From NCBI GenBank assembly GCA_041492755.1, contig JBGPXN010000010.1, positions 1 to 50,750 on the forward strand: a stretch of 50,750 nucleotides of DNA. The letters are read 5' to 3'. Source of the stretch: Candidatus Methylomirabilia bacterium. GTDB taxonomy: Bacteria; Methylomirabilota; Methylomirabilia; Rokubacteriales; CSP1-6. The position numbers and the translations under genes are program-made. The notes beneath the pieces were generated by a model, which was not told the DNA's origin, did not search any database, and worked only from the letters and a program-made list of their open reading frames with translations. This document shows positions 1 to 8,455 of the stretch, piece after piece (position 1 is the stretch's first letter; the number at the start of each line of letters is the position of its first letter).

Positions 1-31
1 CATATCGCCTCTGCGCTTCGCCGTTTCCCGC

Positions 32-502
32 TCAGGCGGGCGGGCGCGGCGTCGGCATCGGGCGGCCGGACGGAAGGTACTTCGCGTCGATCGCCGCGCG
101 GATCGCCGCCGCTGATTTGCCCTGCGCCGTCATCGCCATCACGTCACGCGTGATGTCCAGGCAGAGGGTTCAGGTGGCGGCGTGGCTGGTGAAGGTCACG
201 CGCTCGTCGCGCTCTTCCTTGACGTAGCACGCGCGGTTCGAGCCGTGGCCCAGGTCGCCGCAGCCGCAGGTGCACGGGATAAAGCGCAGCACCTCGGCCT
301 CGTTGGCGGCGAAGCGGTAGAGCGTGGCGACGTCGCCCGGGCTCGCGAACACCGGCAGGCTGCCCTTGCGCACGGTCTGGACCTTGTCGCCGATGGTGTC
401 GATCGTCACACTGCCGTCGTCGGCGGCGCGCACCCACCACGCGCCGACGGCGGCCGTCAGCCCGAGAACGACCAGCGCCACCGCAACCACCGTCCCCTTC
501 AT
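32..502 (-). CDS. PCYCGC-motif family exported/membrane-anchored protein, probable selenoprotein (in-frame UGA at 170-172, UxxC)
   Basis: N-terminal hydrophobic signal/anchor; IPCTCGC..GH.SN..CY motif. The frame continues past TGA as HAAT-U-TLCLDITRDVMAMTAQGKSAAAIRAAIDAKY..., matching the family's H-x3-CxxC...GKS..EIR..ID.KY C-terminus. Next stop is at 32-34. Confidence 0.85.
137..155 (-). promoter_or_regulatory. Candidate bacterial SECIS hairpin
   Basis: On the mRNA, CAUCACG-CGUGA-CGUGAUG forms a perfect 7-bp stem at +15..+33 after the UGA. The loop starts 22 nt downstream and has G as its second base. Confidence 0.65.
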
Positions 503-996
503 GATGCTCTCCGCAGATGGAAGTCACGCCCGCCGAGGCGGAGCCGGCCGTGGTCGGCCTGCTCGTCGTAGTCGGCGAGGGCGAGGAGTTGATACGTTGC
601 CGCGCGGCTCAGTCGGGCTTCGAAGCCGCCCTTCAGGGCGCCGTACGGAACGTTGCCGGCGCCGAACCGCAGCGTGGCGGGATCGATCGTCGTCTCGGTG
701 CCGTCGTTCACCCAGCCGTGCAGCACGTCGCCGCGGAGCTCGATCCGCTCGATGACCCACGGCACGTCGTCCACGCGCACCGGAATACGGACGCGTGTCT
801 GAATGAAGTAGCCGTCGCCGTCGCGGCGAAGATTGCCGCGCAGGTTCGCGAGGATGCCGGGATGCGTGACCTGCACGTCGTCGTCGAACCAGTCCCCGTT
901 CACGTCGACGCGCAGGTTCGGCAGCGTCCAGGTCGACGGATCGGTCGCGTCGGATCGCGGGCTCGGGTCACTCATCCCGGCCGCGGGCTCGCTCAT
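499..996 (-). CDS. DUF1285-like protein
   Basis: LRVDVNGDWF..D.QVTHPGIL...Y.IQ...PVRVDDVPWV...GFEARLSRAATYQL pattern; stop/start overlaps with both neighbours. Confidence 0.7.
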   Translation of the reverse strand: MSEPAAGMSDPSPRSDATDPSTWTLPNLRVDVNGDWFDDDVQVTHPGILANLRGNLRRDGDGYFIQTRVRIPVRVDDVPWVIERIELRGDVLHGWVNDGTETTIDPATLRFGAGNVPYGALKGGFEARLSRAATYQLLALADYDEQADHGRLRLGGRDFHLRRAS

Positions 997-2222
997 CAGA
1001 ACACCACGCTCGCGTAACTGACCACGCCCTGCGGATCGTCCGACTGGCCGTAGTGGCGCAGGGTGCCCGGCGTACCCGCGACCGTCCGGAGCAACGCGTA
1101 GATTGGCGACAGACCGCAGATGCGCCGGCGGTCGCCGTCCGCGGCCACCGAGGCGAAGAATCCGCCCGCGTCGCCCGCCTCCACCGCGGCCAGCATGGCG
1201 CGATCCTCACGCTCGATGCGTGCGCGCTCGGCGGGGGACACCGGTTCGGGGTCGCCGAAGCGCGGCCCCACGTGCGCGAGATCCGCGCCCGCGATGACCG
1301 CCGTCGAGCGGCCGCTCGCGGCCAGGGTCTCGGCCAGCGCATCGAGAAACGCGCTCACGCGCGGATCGTCCGCCGGCCCCTGGCGTCGCGCGAGCACCTC
1401 GTGAGCGAAGCTCGCCAGCACGGGCACGATGCGGATGTCGCGACGGCCGGCGTACAGGTACTGGAGGAAGACGGCCTGGAACTCGATCGAGTGCTCGGAG
1501 CGGTGCGCGAGCTCCGAGCCGAAGCAGTCCTGCCGCGCGCGGCCGGCCAGCTTCTCCACCAGATCGCGATCGACCCGCGCCGGCCCGAATGGTGTGTCGT
1601 AGTCCTTACGAGTGAGCGCGAAGGGATGCTTCATGCCTGCGTGGCAGGTGCCGAAGATCACGAACGTGTCCGCGTCCGCACGCTCGATCAGGTCGCGGTA
1701 GGCCCAGGCGTAGGCCGGTCCTCCCCGGTGAAAATCGATGTGGGGCGCGATGATCGCGCGGATGGGCGGCGCGCCGGACGCGGGGGCCGCGGCCGGGCCC
1801 GGCCCCTGCGGCGCCGTGAAGAAGGCATCCATGGCGGCCCGGAGCTCGTGGGGGTCGGCGGCATAGGCGCCGCCGGCGTGGGCGGCGGCGCGAAGGGGCC
1901 CGTTCAGGAACTCGCCGTCGATCGTGGCGCGCCGCTCGGCGAACCGCGCGCTGTCCATGAACCCGTGTTCGTCGAGAGTGGCCACCATCTGCTCGAGCTG
2001 GCTGCGCGGGACGAGCTCAGCGTGCTCACGCATGATCTCGGCCTGCACCTCGACGAGCGACCGGCTGCCGTCGAACAGCGCCACGATCCCGACCACGCCC
2101 ATCGGCAGCATGAGCACGGCCTCCGTGTAGCCGGCGGGATCGCGCAGGACGACCATCTCCTGGCCCTCGTGCTCCATGGGAAAGGCCTCGATCGCGCGCA
2201 GCCGTGGCCGCTCGTCGCTCAT
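996..2222 (-). CDS. amrB: MEMO1-family protein (AmmeMemoRadiSam system protein B) with an N-terminal extension of about 110 aa
   Basis: R.AAHAG..Y, APHIDF, GTCH, EHSIEFQ, ADLAHVG, ICG motifs of the MEMO/LigB-like fold. Confidence 0.88.
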   Translation of the reverse strand: MSDERPRLRAIEAFPMEHEGQEMVVLRDPAGYTEAVLMLPMGVVGIVALFDGSRSLVEVQAEIMREHAELVPRSQLEQMVATLDEHGFMDSARFAERRATIDGEFLNGPLRAAAHAGGAYAADPHELRAAMDAFFTAPQGPGPAAAPASGAPPIRAIIAPHIDFHRGGPAYAWAYRDLIERADADTFVIFGTCHAGMKHPFALTRKDYDTPFGPARVDRDLVEKLAGRARQDCFGSELAHRSEHSIEFQAVFLQYLYAGRRDIRIVPVLASFAHEVLARRQGPADDPRVSAFLDALAETLAASGRSTAVIAGADLAHVGPRFGDPEPVSPAERARIEREDRAMLAAVEAGDAGGFFASVAADGDRRRICGLSPIYALLRTVAGTPGTLRHYGQSDDPQGVVSYASVVF

Positions 2223-2235
2223 GCCGTCACGGACC

Positions 2236-2547
2236 TCATGCCGCCAGGTAGCGCAGGCTCGCGGCCACGTAGATGCGCGCCGCCTCGCTCAGCTCGCCGA
2301 CCTCGACGTACTCGTTCACCTGGTGGGGGATCAGTCGGTTCCCCGGTCCGCACGTCACGATGGGAATCCCCAGCTCATGGAACAGGATCGACCAGCGCTC
2401 GACGAAGGCGGCCACCACGGCTTCGGTGGCCTCGGGGTCCCCGGGGCGGACCACGCTGGGGATGCGGACCAGATCGCGCGTGAGCCCGATCAGCTCCGCG
2501 TCATCGATGCAGGCGAGGGCCGCTTCGAGGCCTGGCGCTCGACTCAC
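2236..2547 (-). pseudogene. M20 (ArgE/DapE-like) metallopeptidase remnant with a large in-frame internal deletion
   Basis: The N-terminal LTRDLVRIPSV...EAVVAAFVERW is joined directly to the C-terminal LGIPIVTCGPG...HQVNEYV.V.EL.EAARIY. It is only 103 aa and lacks the catalytic core. Confidence 0.75.
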
Positions 2548-2556
2548 TCCGGACCG

Positions 2557-2859
2557 CTACTCGGCGGGAAACGACAGGATAACGGCGTCGAGGCGGATGA
2601 CCCGGTACTCCTCGAGGGCGACGTAGAAGTAGTGCCCCTCGACCTCTTCCGCGCTCTCCTCGAACGCGACGATGGTCTTGATCCCCGGCATGTCGCGAAA
2701 GGCGTTGGCGCCCTCGTCGAAACCGTCCCCCCGGGCCACGACCTCACCGTACCGGATCGGCGAGCCCTTCGGGCAGTTGACGCGGATATCCGCGGGCGCC
2801 TCGGGCAGTAGCCGGACCAGGAGATTGATGCCGTAGACCTGGATAGGGATGTTAGTCAT
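2557..2859 (-). CDS. GroES/Cpn10-like protein (divergent, no adjacent groEL)
   Basis: 100 aa; I..YG.NLLVR, GEVVARGDG, IVAF, EEYRVIRLDAVI follow the GroES pattern; GAGGAG RBS. Confidence 0.62.
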   Translation of the reverse strand: MTNIPIQVYGINLLVRLLPEAPADIRVNCPKGSPIRYGEVVARGDGFDEGANAFRDMPGIKTIVAFEESAEEVEGHYFYVALEEYRVIRLDAVILSFPAE

Positions 2860-2888
2860 AGCCTCCTCGCCGCGTGAAAAGTCCCTTC

Positions 2889-2897
2889 ATCATACCA
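2889..2897 (-). promoter_or_regulatory. Extended -10 (TGGTATGAT) upstream of the GroES-like gene
   Basis: TGn-TATGAT overlapping the rmuC stop, 30 nt before the ATG. Confidence 0.45.
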
Positions 2898-4311
2898 CCG
2901 GGTCAGACCCCTTCGGGCCGGTCCCCTCGTCGCCCGGGGACAGCGCCAGCTGTTCGCCGAGCTCGATCGCGGTGATCCGACGGAGCGGGGAATCGACCGC
3001 CTCGAGCGGGGCCAGATCCTCACGCGCGGCGACCCCCAGCTCCCGGAACTTGCGGGCGGCCGGGAGGACCCGCCGTTCGATGGAGCCCACGGCGTCGTTG
3101 TAGGCGTCCACGGCCCGCTCGAGCCCCTGGCCGATCCCCCGGACGTGGGTTGCCAGTATGGACAGCCGCTCGTAGAGGTCCTGGCCGAGCTTGCGGATCT
3201 CCTCCGCGTTCTTGGCCACCTCTTGCTGCTGCCATCCGTGCGCGATCGCCGACAGCAGCGCAAAGAGCGTGGTGGGCGTGGCGATGACGACCCGTCGCTC
3301 CATCGCGTCGACCAGGAGCTTGCCGTCGGCCTCGACGGCCGCGGCCACGAACGACTCGCCCGGAATGAACATGACGACGAGATCGGGGCTGTGCGCGAAC
3401 TGCTTGGCGTAGCCGCGACTCGCGAGCGCCGTCATGTGACCGCGGACGGCCTGGGCGTGCTGCGCGAGCGCGCGCTGCTTGTCGTCCTCGCTGGCCGCGC
3501 GGAGGGCCTCGTCGTAGGCGTCGAGCGGCGCCTTGACGTCGATGACGATGTCCCGGCGCCCCGGCAAATGGACGACCATGTCGGGTCGCAAGCGGCCGGC
3601 GTCACCCTCCACCGAAACCTGCTCGGTGAAATCGAAATGCTCCGTCATCCCGGCCAGCTCGACGATCCGCCGGAGCGCGATCTCCCCCCAGCGCCCGCGC
3701 GTCTGCGACGAGCGCAGGGCCGAGGCGAGATTGCCGGTCTCGCGCTGCAGGTGCCGGTTCTGCTCGGTCAGCGCGCGGAGCTGCTCCTCGAGACTGCCGT
3801 ACGCCTGCTGCCGCGTCTTCTCGATCTCGCGGACATGGTCCTCCGCCCGCCGGAGCGCCTCCGCGAGGGGGCGCAGCAGCCCCTCGATGGCCTGCTCGCG
3901 GCGTCCGAGCTGCGCCTCCAGCGTCTCCCGGGCCCGCTCCAGGAACGTGCCGCTCGTCTGCGTGAGGGCGTCGGCGCTGAGCGCCTTGAACGTGGTTCCG
4001 AGCTCCTCACGGGCGGCGCCGAGCAGCCGCTTCTGCTCGGCGAGGTTGGCGCGCTCGGCCGTCCAGCGCTCCTCCGCCCGGACCCGCTCCGTGCGCTCGC
4101 GATCGAGCGCCGCGCGCAGATCGCCGGACTCGAGCTGCCGCTCCGTGAGCTGGCGCTTCAGCTCTTTCTCGAGCGTTTCGAGCGCGGCGACGCGGACGTC
4201 GAGAACGGCGCGCTCGCGGGCGGCCAGCCCGGCGGCATGGGTCCGCGCGAAGAGCCAGGTGACGAGGGCGCCGACGGTCAGTCCGAGGGCGAGGAGTGCC
4301 GGCTCAGCCAC
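2890..4311 (-). CDS. rmuC: DNA recombination protein RmuC
   Basis: N-terminal TM plus coiled coil; RGRWGE..L.RIVE.AGM, RPD.VV.LP...IVIDVKAP, FIPGESF, IATPTTL. Start placed at a GTG overlapping the upstream stop. Confidence 0.93.
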   Translation of the reverse strand: MAEPALLALGLTVGALVTWLFARTHAAGLAARERAVLDVRVAALETLEKELKRQLTERQLESGDLRAALDRERTERVRAEERWTAERANLAEQKRLLGAAREELGTTFKALSADALTQTSGTFLERARETLEAQLGRREQAIEGLLRPLAEALRRAEDHVREIEKTRQQAYGSLEEQLRALTEQNRHLQRETGNLASALRSSQTRGRWGEIALRRIVELAGMTEHFDFTEQVSVEGDAGRLRPDMVVHLPGRRDIVIDVKAPLDAYDEALRAASEDDKQRALAQHAQAVRGHMTALASRGYAKQFAHSPDLVVMFIPGESFVAAAVEADGKLLVDAMERRVVIATPTTLFALLSAIAHGWQQQEVAKNAEEIRKLGQDLYERLSILATHVRGIGQGLERAVDAYNDAVGSIERRVLPAARKFRELGVAAREDLAPLEAVDSPLRRITAIELGEQLALSPGDEGTGPKGSDPVV

Positions 4312-5188
4312 GCCGGCTCGCGCGGGACCGGGCCCAGTGCCGGCACACGCCACGAAGACCGCAGGGCGCGCACACCACGAGATCGCGTCGGTCGCGACAA
4401 TCGCCGGACATGCGCTTGTGGCAGAGCGCGAAGTCGTACTTCACGGGATCGAGCGGATCGAGGGCGGCCAGCCGCGCGGTGATCTCTTCCGCCATGCGCC
4501 AGTTGCGCGAGCGGCGACGGGTCAGGCCCACGGCGCGGCCCATGTTCTCGATGTGCGTGTCGACCGGGATGATCAGTCGCGCGGGTGTCACGGCCGTCCA
4601 CAGTCCAAAGTCGGGCGGCGTCCGCCGCACCATCCAGCGCAGGAAGAGATGCAGGCGCTTGCACGGACCGCCCGCCGACGGCAACGGAAAGAGGTGCCGG
4701 TAGCCGCGCGAGATGCGGCCGCGCGGGAAGACCTCGCGCAGGTCGGCCTCGAGGAACGCGCGGGCGAAGCGTTCCAGGGCCGGCCCGATCGGTCCATCGG
4801 CAGAATCCCCGGCCGCGAAGCACTTCTCGAGCGTGCCATGACGGGCCAGGAGATCGCGCGCGGCCAGGCAGAACGCCACGACGTCGGGCGGACGGTTGAA
4901 GCGATAGCGGAATCCCGCGAACCGCGGCCCGTCACGGATGGGATCGAACTCGCGCACGAAGGCCGCGGGTGACGGTCCCATCTCGGCGAGCACGCCCTCC
5001 AGCGCGCGACTGAAGAGGTCCACCCGGCCATAGGCCAGACACGCGGTCAGCAGGGCAACCAGCTCGCGATCGGCGGGGTCGGCGTAGCGGAAGGGGAATC
5101 GGATGGCGTCGTGTTCGACCCGTGCGGCGTAGTCGAACTCGCGATAGAGCCGCTCGAGCGGCTCACGCAAAGCGCCGGCTCCTCTCAT
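4304..5188 (-). CDS. TIGR02757/DUF2400 family protein (HhH-GPD-like)
   Basis: D.I.FP.RY..P.DRE, LAYGRV, CKRLHLFLRWMVR, D.GLW, IPVDTH, DP.DPVKYDFAL. Confidence 0.88.
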   Translation of the reverse strand: MRGAGALREPLERLYREFDYAARVEHDAIRFPFRYADPADRELVALLTACLAYGRVDLFSRALEGVLAEMGPSPAAFVREFDPIRDGPRFAGFRYRFNRPPDVVAFCLAARDLLARHGTLEKCFAAGDSADGPIGPALERFARAFLEADLREVFPRGRISRGYRHLFPLPSAGGPCKRLHLFLRWMVRRTPPDFGLWTAVTPARLIIPVDTHIENMGRAVGLTRRRSRNWRMAEEITARLAALDPLDPVKYDFALCHKRMSGDCRDRRDLVVCAPCGLRGVCRHWARSRASRRG

Positions 5189-5204
5189 CGACGGCTCAGG
5201 CACG

Positions 5205-5214
5205 ATGATATCAT
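5205..5214. promoter_or_regulatory. Palindromic extended -10 (ATGATATCAT), probable bidirectional promoter
   Basis: Perfect 10-bp palindrome that reads TG-A-TATCAT on both strands, in a 35-bp gap between divergent genes. Confidence 0.55.
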
Positions 5215-5223
5215 GCCGCCACC

Positions 5224-6033
5224 ATGACACAGATCCGTAGCGTCGGCGTCGTCGGTCTTGGCGTGATCGGGCGCGCGGTCTGCCGCGCGCTCGCGGACGG
5301 CATTCCCGGATTGCATCCCGCCGGCGCGTTGGCGCGCGATCGTGAGAGGGCGGAGACGTTCCTCGAGGGCCTCCCCGTCCCCGTGCCCTTCCTCGCTCTC
5401 GACGATCTCGTGGCCGCCTCCGACATCGTCGTCGAAGCATCGACCCAGGCCCACCTCGCGGAGATCGCGCCGCGCGCGCTCGGGGCCGGCAAGGATCTCG
5501 TCGTGCTCTCGTGTGGGGGCCTGCTCGGACGCCAGGACTGGATCGCGCTCGGCGAGGCCAAGGGCGCGCGCATCCACGTCCCCTCGGGGGCGATCGCCGG
5601 ACTCGACGGGATCAAGGGCGCGCGGGTCGGCACGGTGAGCTCGGTCACCATGGAGACGCGCAAGCCGCCACTGGGGTTGGCCGGGGCGCCGTGGATCGTC
5701 GAGCGCGGGATCGACCTCGACGCCATCGCGGAAGAAACGCTGATCTTCGAGGGCCCGGCTACCGCGGCCTGCCGCGCCTTCCCGGCCAACGTCAACGTCC
5801 TCGCGGCCGTGTCGCTCGCCGGTATCGGTCCGGAACGCACGACGATCCGCATCTACGCCACGCCGGGGCTGGCGCGCAACACGCACCGGGTGACCGTCAC
5901 CGGCGAGTTCGGCACGCTCACGATCGAGATCGCCAACGTGCCCTCGGAGAACCCACGCACGGGTCGGCTCTCCTATATGTCCACGATCGCGCTGCTCCGC
6001 GACCTCGGCGCCACGCTGCGCGTGGGCAGTTGA
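5224..6033 (+). CDS. nadX: L-aspartate dehydrogenase family protein
   Basis: Rossmann GVVGLGVIG; VVEAS; PSGAIAGLD; FEG.A..A...FPANVNV; NTH; ENPRT. Confidence 0.88.
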   Translation: MTQIRSVGVVGLGVIGRAVCRALADGIPGLHPAGALARDRERAETFLEGLPVPVPFLALDDLVAASDIVVEASTQAHLAEIAPRALGAGKDLVVLSCGGLLGRQDWIALGEAKGARIHVPSGAIAGLDGIKGARVGTVSSVTMETRKPPLGLAGAPWIVERGIDLDAIAEETLIFEGPATAACRAFPANVNVLAAVSLAGIGPERTTIRIYATPGLARNTHRVTVTGEFGTLTIEIANVPSENPRTGRLSYMSTIALLRDLGATLRVGS

Positions 6034-6036
6034 GTC

Positions 6037-6075
6037 GAGGGGATCGGGGGGGGCGCCAGGCCCTCCAATCCCCTT
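6037..6075. repeat. GC-rich REP-like hairpin / possible terminator after nadX
   Basis: GAGGGGAT...ATCCCCT imperfect inverted repeat immediately after the stop. Confidence 0.45.
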
Positions 6076-6163
6076 CTCCACGTTGGCGACGGCGAAGCCG
6101 GCGCGCGAACGCGTCGTCGCCGGCGCGTGCTACGATTCGGTCATCCTCAGGCACGGAGAAGAC

Positions 6164-7378
6164 ATGGCTCACAAGGGCATGACGTTCGGGATCTTCCTGG
6201 CGCCGTTCCACCGGATCGGTGAGAACCCCACGGTGGCGCTCGGGCGGGACATGGAGCTCATCGAGTGGATGGACCACCTCGGGTACGACGAGGTCTGGAT
6301 CGGTGAGCACCACTCGGCCGGATGGGAGCTGATCGCCTCGCCGGAGATCTTCATCGCTGCCGCCGCCGAGCGCACCCGCCACATCAAGCTCGGCTCCGGC
6401 GTGACGAGCCTGCCGTACCACCACCCGCTGCTGGTGGCCCAGCGCTTCGTCCAGCTCGACCACATGACCCGCGGCCGTGCGATGCTCGGCTGCGGTCCGG
6501 GCGCGCTCGTGTCCGACGCCTACATGATGGGGATCGAGCCGGTGACCCAGCGGCCGCGAATGGACGAGGCGCTGGACGCGATCATGGAGCTGCTCCGCTG
6601 CGAGGAGCCCGTGACCATGAAGACCGACTGGTTCGAGCTGCGCCAGGCGCGACTGCACCTGGCCCCCTACACCGAGCCACATTTCCCGATCGCGGTGGCC
6701 AGCGTCATGACGCCATCCGGCGTGATGGCCGCCGCCCGGCACGGCCTCGGCGTGTTGTCGCTGGGCGCGGGACTTCCGGGCGGTCCGGACGCGCTCGCCA
6801 ACCAGTGGAAGATCGCCGAGGAGACCGCGGCCAGGCACGGCAAGACCATGAACCGCAGGGACTGGCGCCTCGTCGTCAACGTCCACGTCGCCGAGGACGA
6901 CGAGGAGGCGCTGCGCCAGGTCAAGCGCGCCGAGCGGCACGAGACGATCACCTACTTCGAGGAGACCCTCGGCCGGCCACCCGGGCGGGCCGACGATCCG
7001 CTCACCGAGGGCGTGAAGATGGGCACGACCCTGGTCGGCTCCGTCGACACGGTGGTGCGGGGCATCCAGCATCTGCAGAAACTGAGCGACGGCGGGTTCG
7101 GTGGTCTGCTCTTCCGTGCCCACGAGTGGGCGACCCGGGAGCAGACGCTCAAGAGCTACGAGCTTTTCGCGCGCTACGTCATCCCGCGCTTCCAGGGCTC
7201 GCTCGACACGATCAGGGCCTCGAACGACTGGGCCCGCGGAAACCGCAAGACGATCTTCTCCCCCAACGTCGAGGCGATCCAGCGTGCGTTCACGGAGCGC
7301 GGCCGCGCCGTCCCGGCCGACTTTCGCCAGCGAACCGCCGGCGCCCGCGACCTCGAGCCGCCGGCGACTGGCGGCTGA
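6164..7378 (+). CDS. Luciferase-like (LLM) flavin-dependent monooxygenase, limonene 1,2-monooxygenase-like
   Basis: FGIFLAPFH, GYDEVWIGEHHSAGWE, IKLGSGV.SLPYHHP, LDHMTRGR; GGAG RBS. Confidence 0.88.
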   Translation: MAHKGMTFGIFLAPFHRIGENPTVALGRDMELIEWMDHLGYDEVWIGEHHSAGWELIASPEIFIAAAAERTRHIKLGSGVTSLPYHHPLLVAQRFVQLDHMTRGRAMLGCGPGALVSDAYMMGIEPVTQRPRMDEALDAIMELLRCEEPVTMKTDWFELRQARLHLAPYTEPHFPIAVASVMTPSGVMAAARHGLGVLSLGAGLPGGPDALANQWKIAEETAARHGKTMNRRDWRLVVNVHVAEDDEEALRQVKRAERHETITYFEETLGRPPGRADDPLTEGVKMGTTLVGSVDTVVRGIQHLQKLSDGGFGGLLFRAHEWATREQTLKSYELFARYVIPRFQGSLDTIRASNDWARGNRKTIFSPNVEAIQRAFTERGRAVPADFRQRTAGARDLEPPATGG

Positions 7379-7450
7379 CCCCGAAGGACTTCACGCCGCC
7401 GGCGCGCGGCCCGGACAGCCGAGCGTGTCCGACGGCGTGAGCGTCCGGCG

Positions 7451-8386
7451 CTACGGCACCGCGTTCGCCTCGAGGAAGCGTTCCGCTTCCAGCGCTGCCA
7501 TGCAGCCCGTCCCGGCCGCGGTCACGGCCTGGCGCCACACGTGGTCCTGGACGTCGCCGGCGGCGAAGACACCCGGCACCGAGGTCTGCGTGGTGCCGGG
7601 GCCCACCTTGACGTAGCCGTTGGGCAGCAGCTCGAGCTGACCGCGGAAGACCTCGGTGTTCGGCGTGTGGCCGATGGCGACGAAGAGTCCATCCACCGGC
7701 CGCTCGGTGACCCTGCCCGTCGCGAGGTCGCGCAGGCGGACCGCGGTGACCTTGCCCTGGGCGGGATCCAGGATGTCCTCGATGACGCTGTTCCAGACGA
7801 AGGTGATCTTCGGGTTCGCGCGCGCGCGGTCTTGCATGATCTTGGAGGCGCGCAGGCTGTCGCGCCGGTGCACCACCTCCACCTTGCGGCCGAGGCGCGA
7901 GAGATAGAGAGCTTCCTCGAGCGCGGAGTCACCCCCGCCCACCACCATGATGTCCTGGTCCTTGAAGAAGAAGCCGTCGCAGGTCGCGCACGTCGACACG
8001 CCGCGGCCCATCAACTGGGCTTCCGCCCCCAGACCCAGCAGCTTGGCGGAGGCCCCGGTGGCGACGATGACGGTCTCGGCCTCGTACACGCTCTCGCCGG
8101 CGCGCACCACGAACGGCCGGCGGCTGAAATCGACGGAGGTCACGTCCTCCGGCACCATCTCGGTGCCGAAGCGCTCGGCCTGCTTGCGCATGGTTTCCAT
8201 CAGCTCCGGCCCCATGACGCCGTCGACGAACCCTGGGTAGTTCTCCACGAACGTCGTCAGCATGAGCTGGCCACCCGACTGCAGGCCGGTCAGCATCAGC
8301 GGAGCGAGATTGGCGCGGGCCGCGTAGATGGCCGCCGTGTAACCCGCGGGCCCGGACCCGATGATGAGCACTTTGCGCACGGTCAT
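7451..8386 (-). CDS. trxB: Thioredoxin-disulfide reductase
   Basis: [37 protein letters not shown]. Confidence 0.97.
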   Translation of the reverse strand: MTVRKVLIIGSGPAGYTAAIYAARANLAPLMLTGLQSGGQLMLTTFVENYPGFVDGVMGPELMETMRKQAERFGTEMVPEDVTSVDFSRRPFVVRAGESVYEAETVIVATGASAKLLGLGAEAQLMGRGVSTCATCDGFFFKDQDIMVVGGGDSALEEALYLSRLGRKVEVVHRRDSLRASKIMQDRARANPKITFVWNSVIEDILDPAQGKVTAVRLRDLATGRVTERPVDGLFVAIGHTPNTEVFRGQLELLPNGYVKVGPGTTQTSVPGVFAAGDVQDHVWRQAVTAAGTGCMAALEAERFLEANAVP

Positions 8387-8455
8387 GATTCCGGCGTACC
8401 TCCCTGGTTCTTACGATGCACCGCCGTTGCCGGCGGATCCCGGCGCGGACCGCGC

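Noticed and set aside
2852..2893. Micro-ORF MMKGLFTRRGGYD between rmuC and the GroES-like gene, and a similar one between pgsA and galT (34341-34397)
   Set aside because: Compatible with the relay pattern but without a clear junction duplication; the GroES-like gene has its own promoter and SD, so these were not counted.
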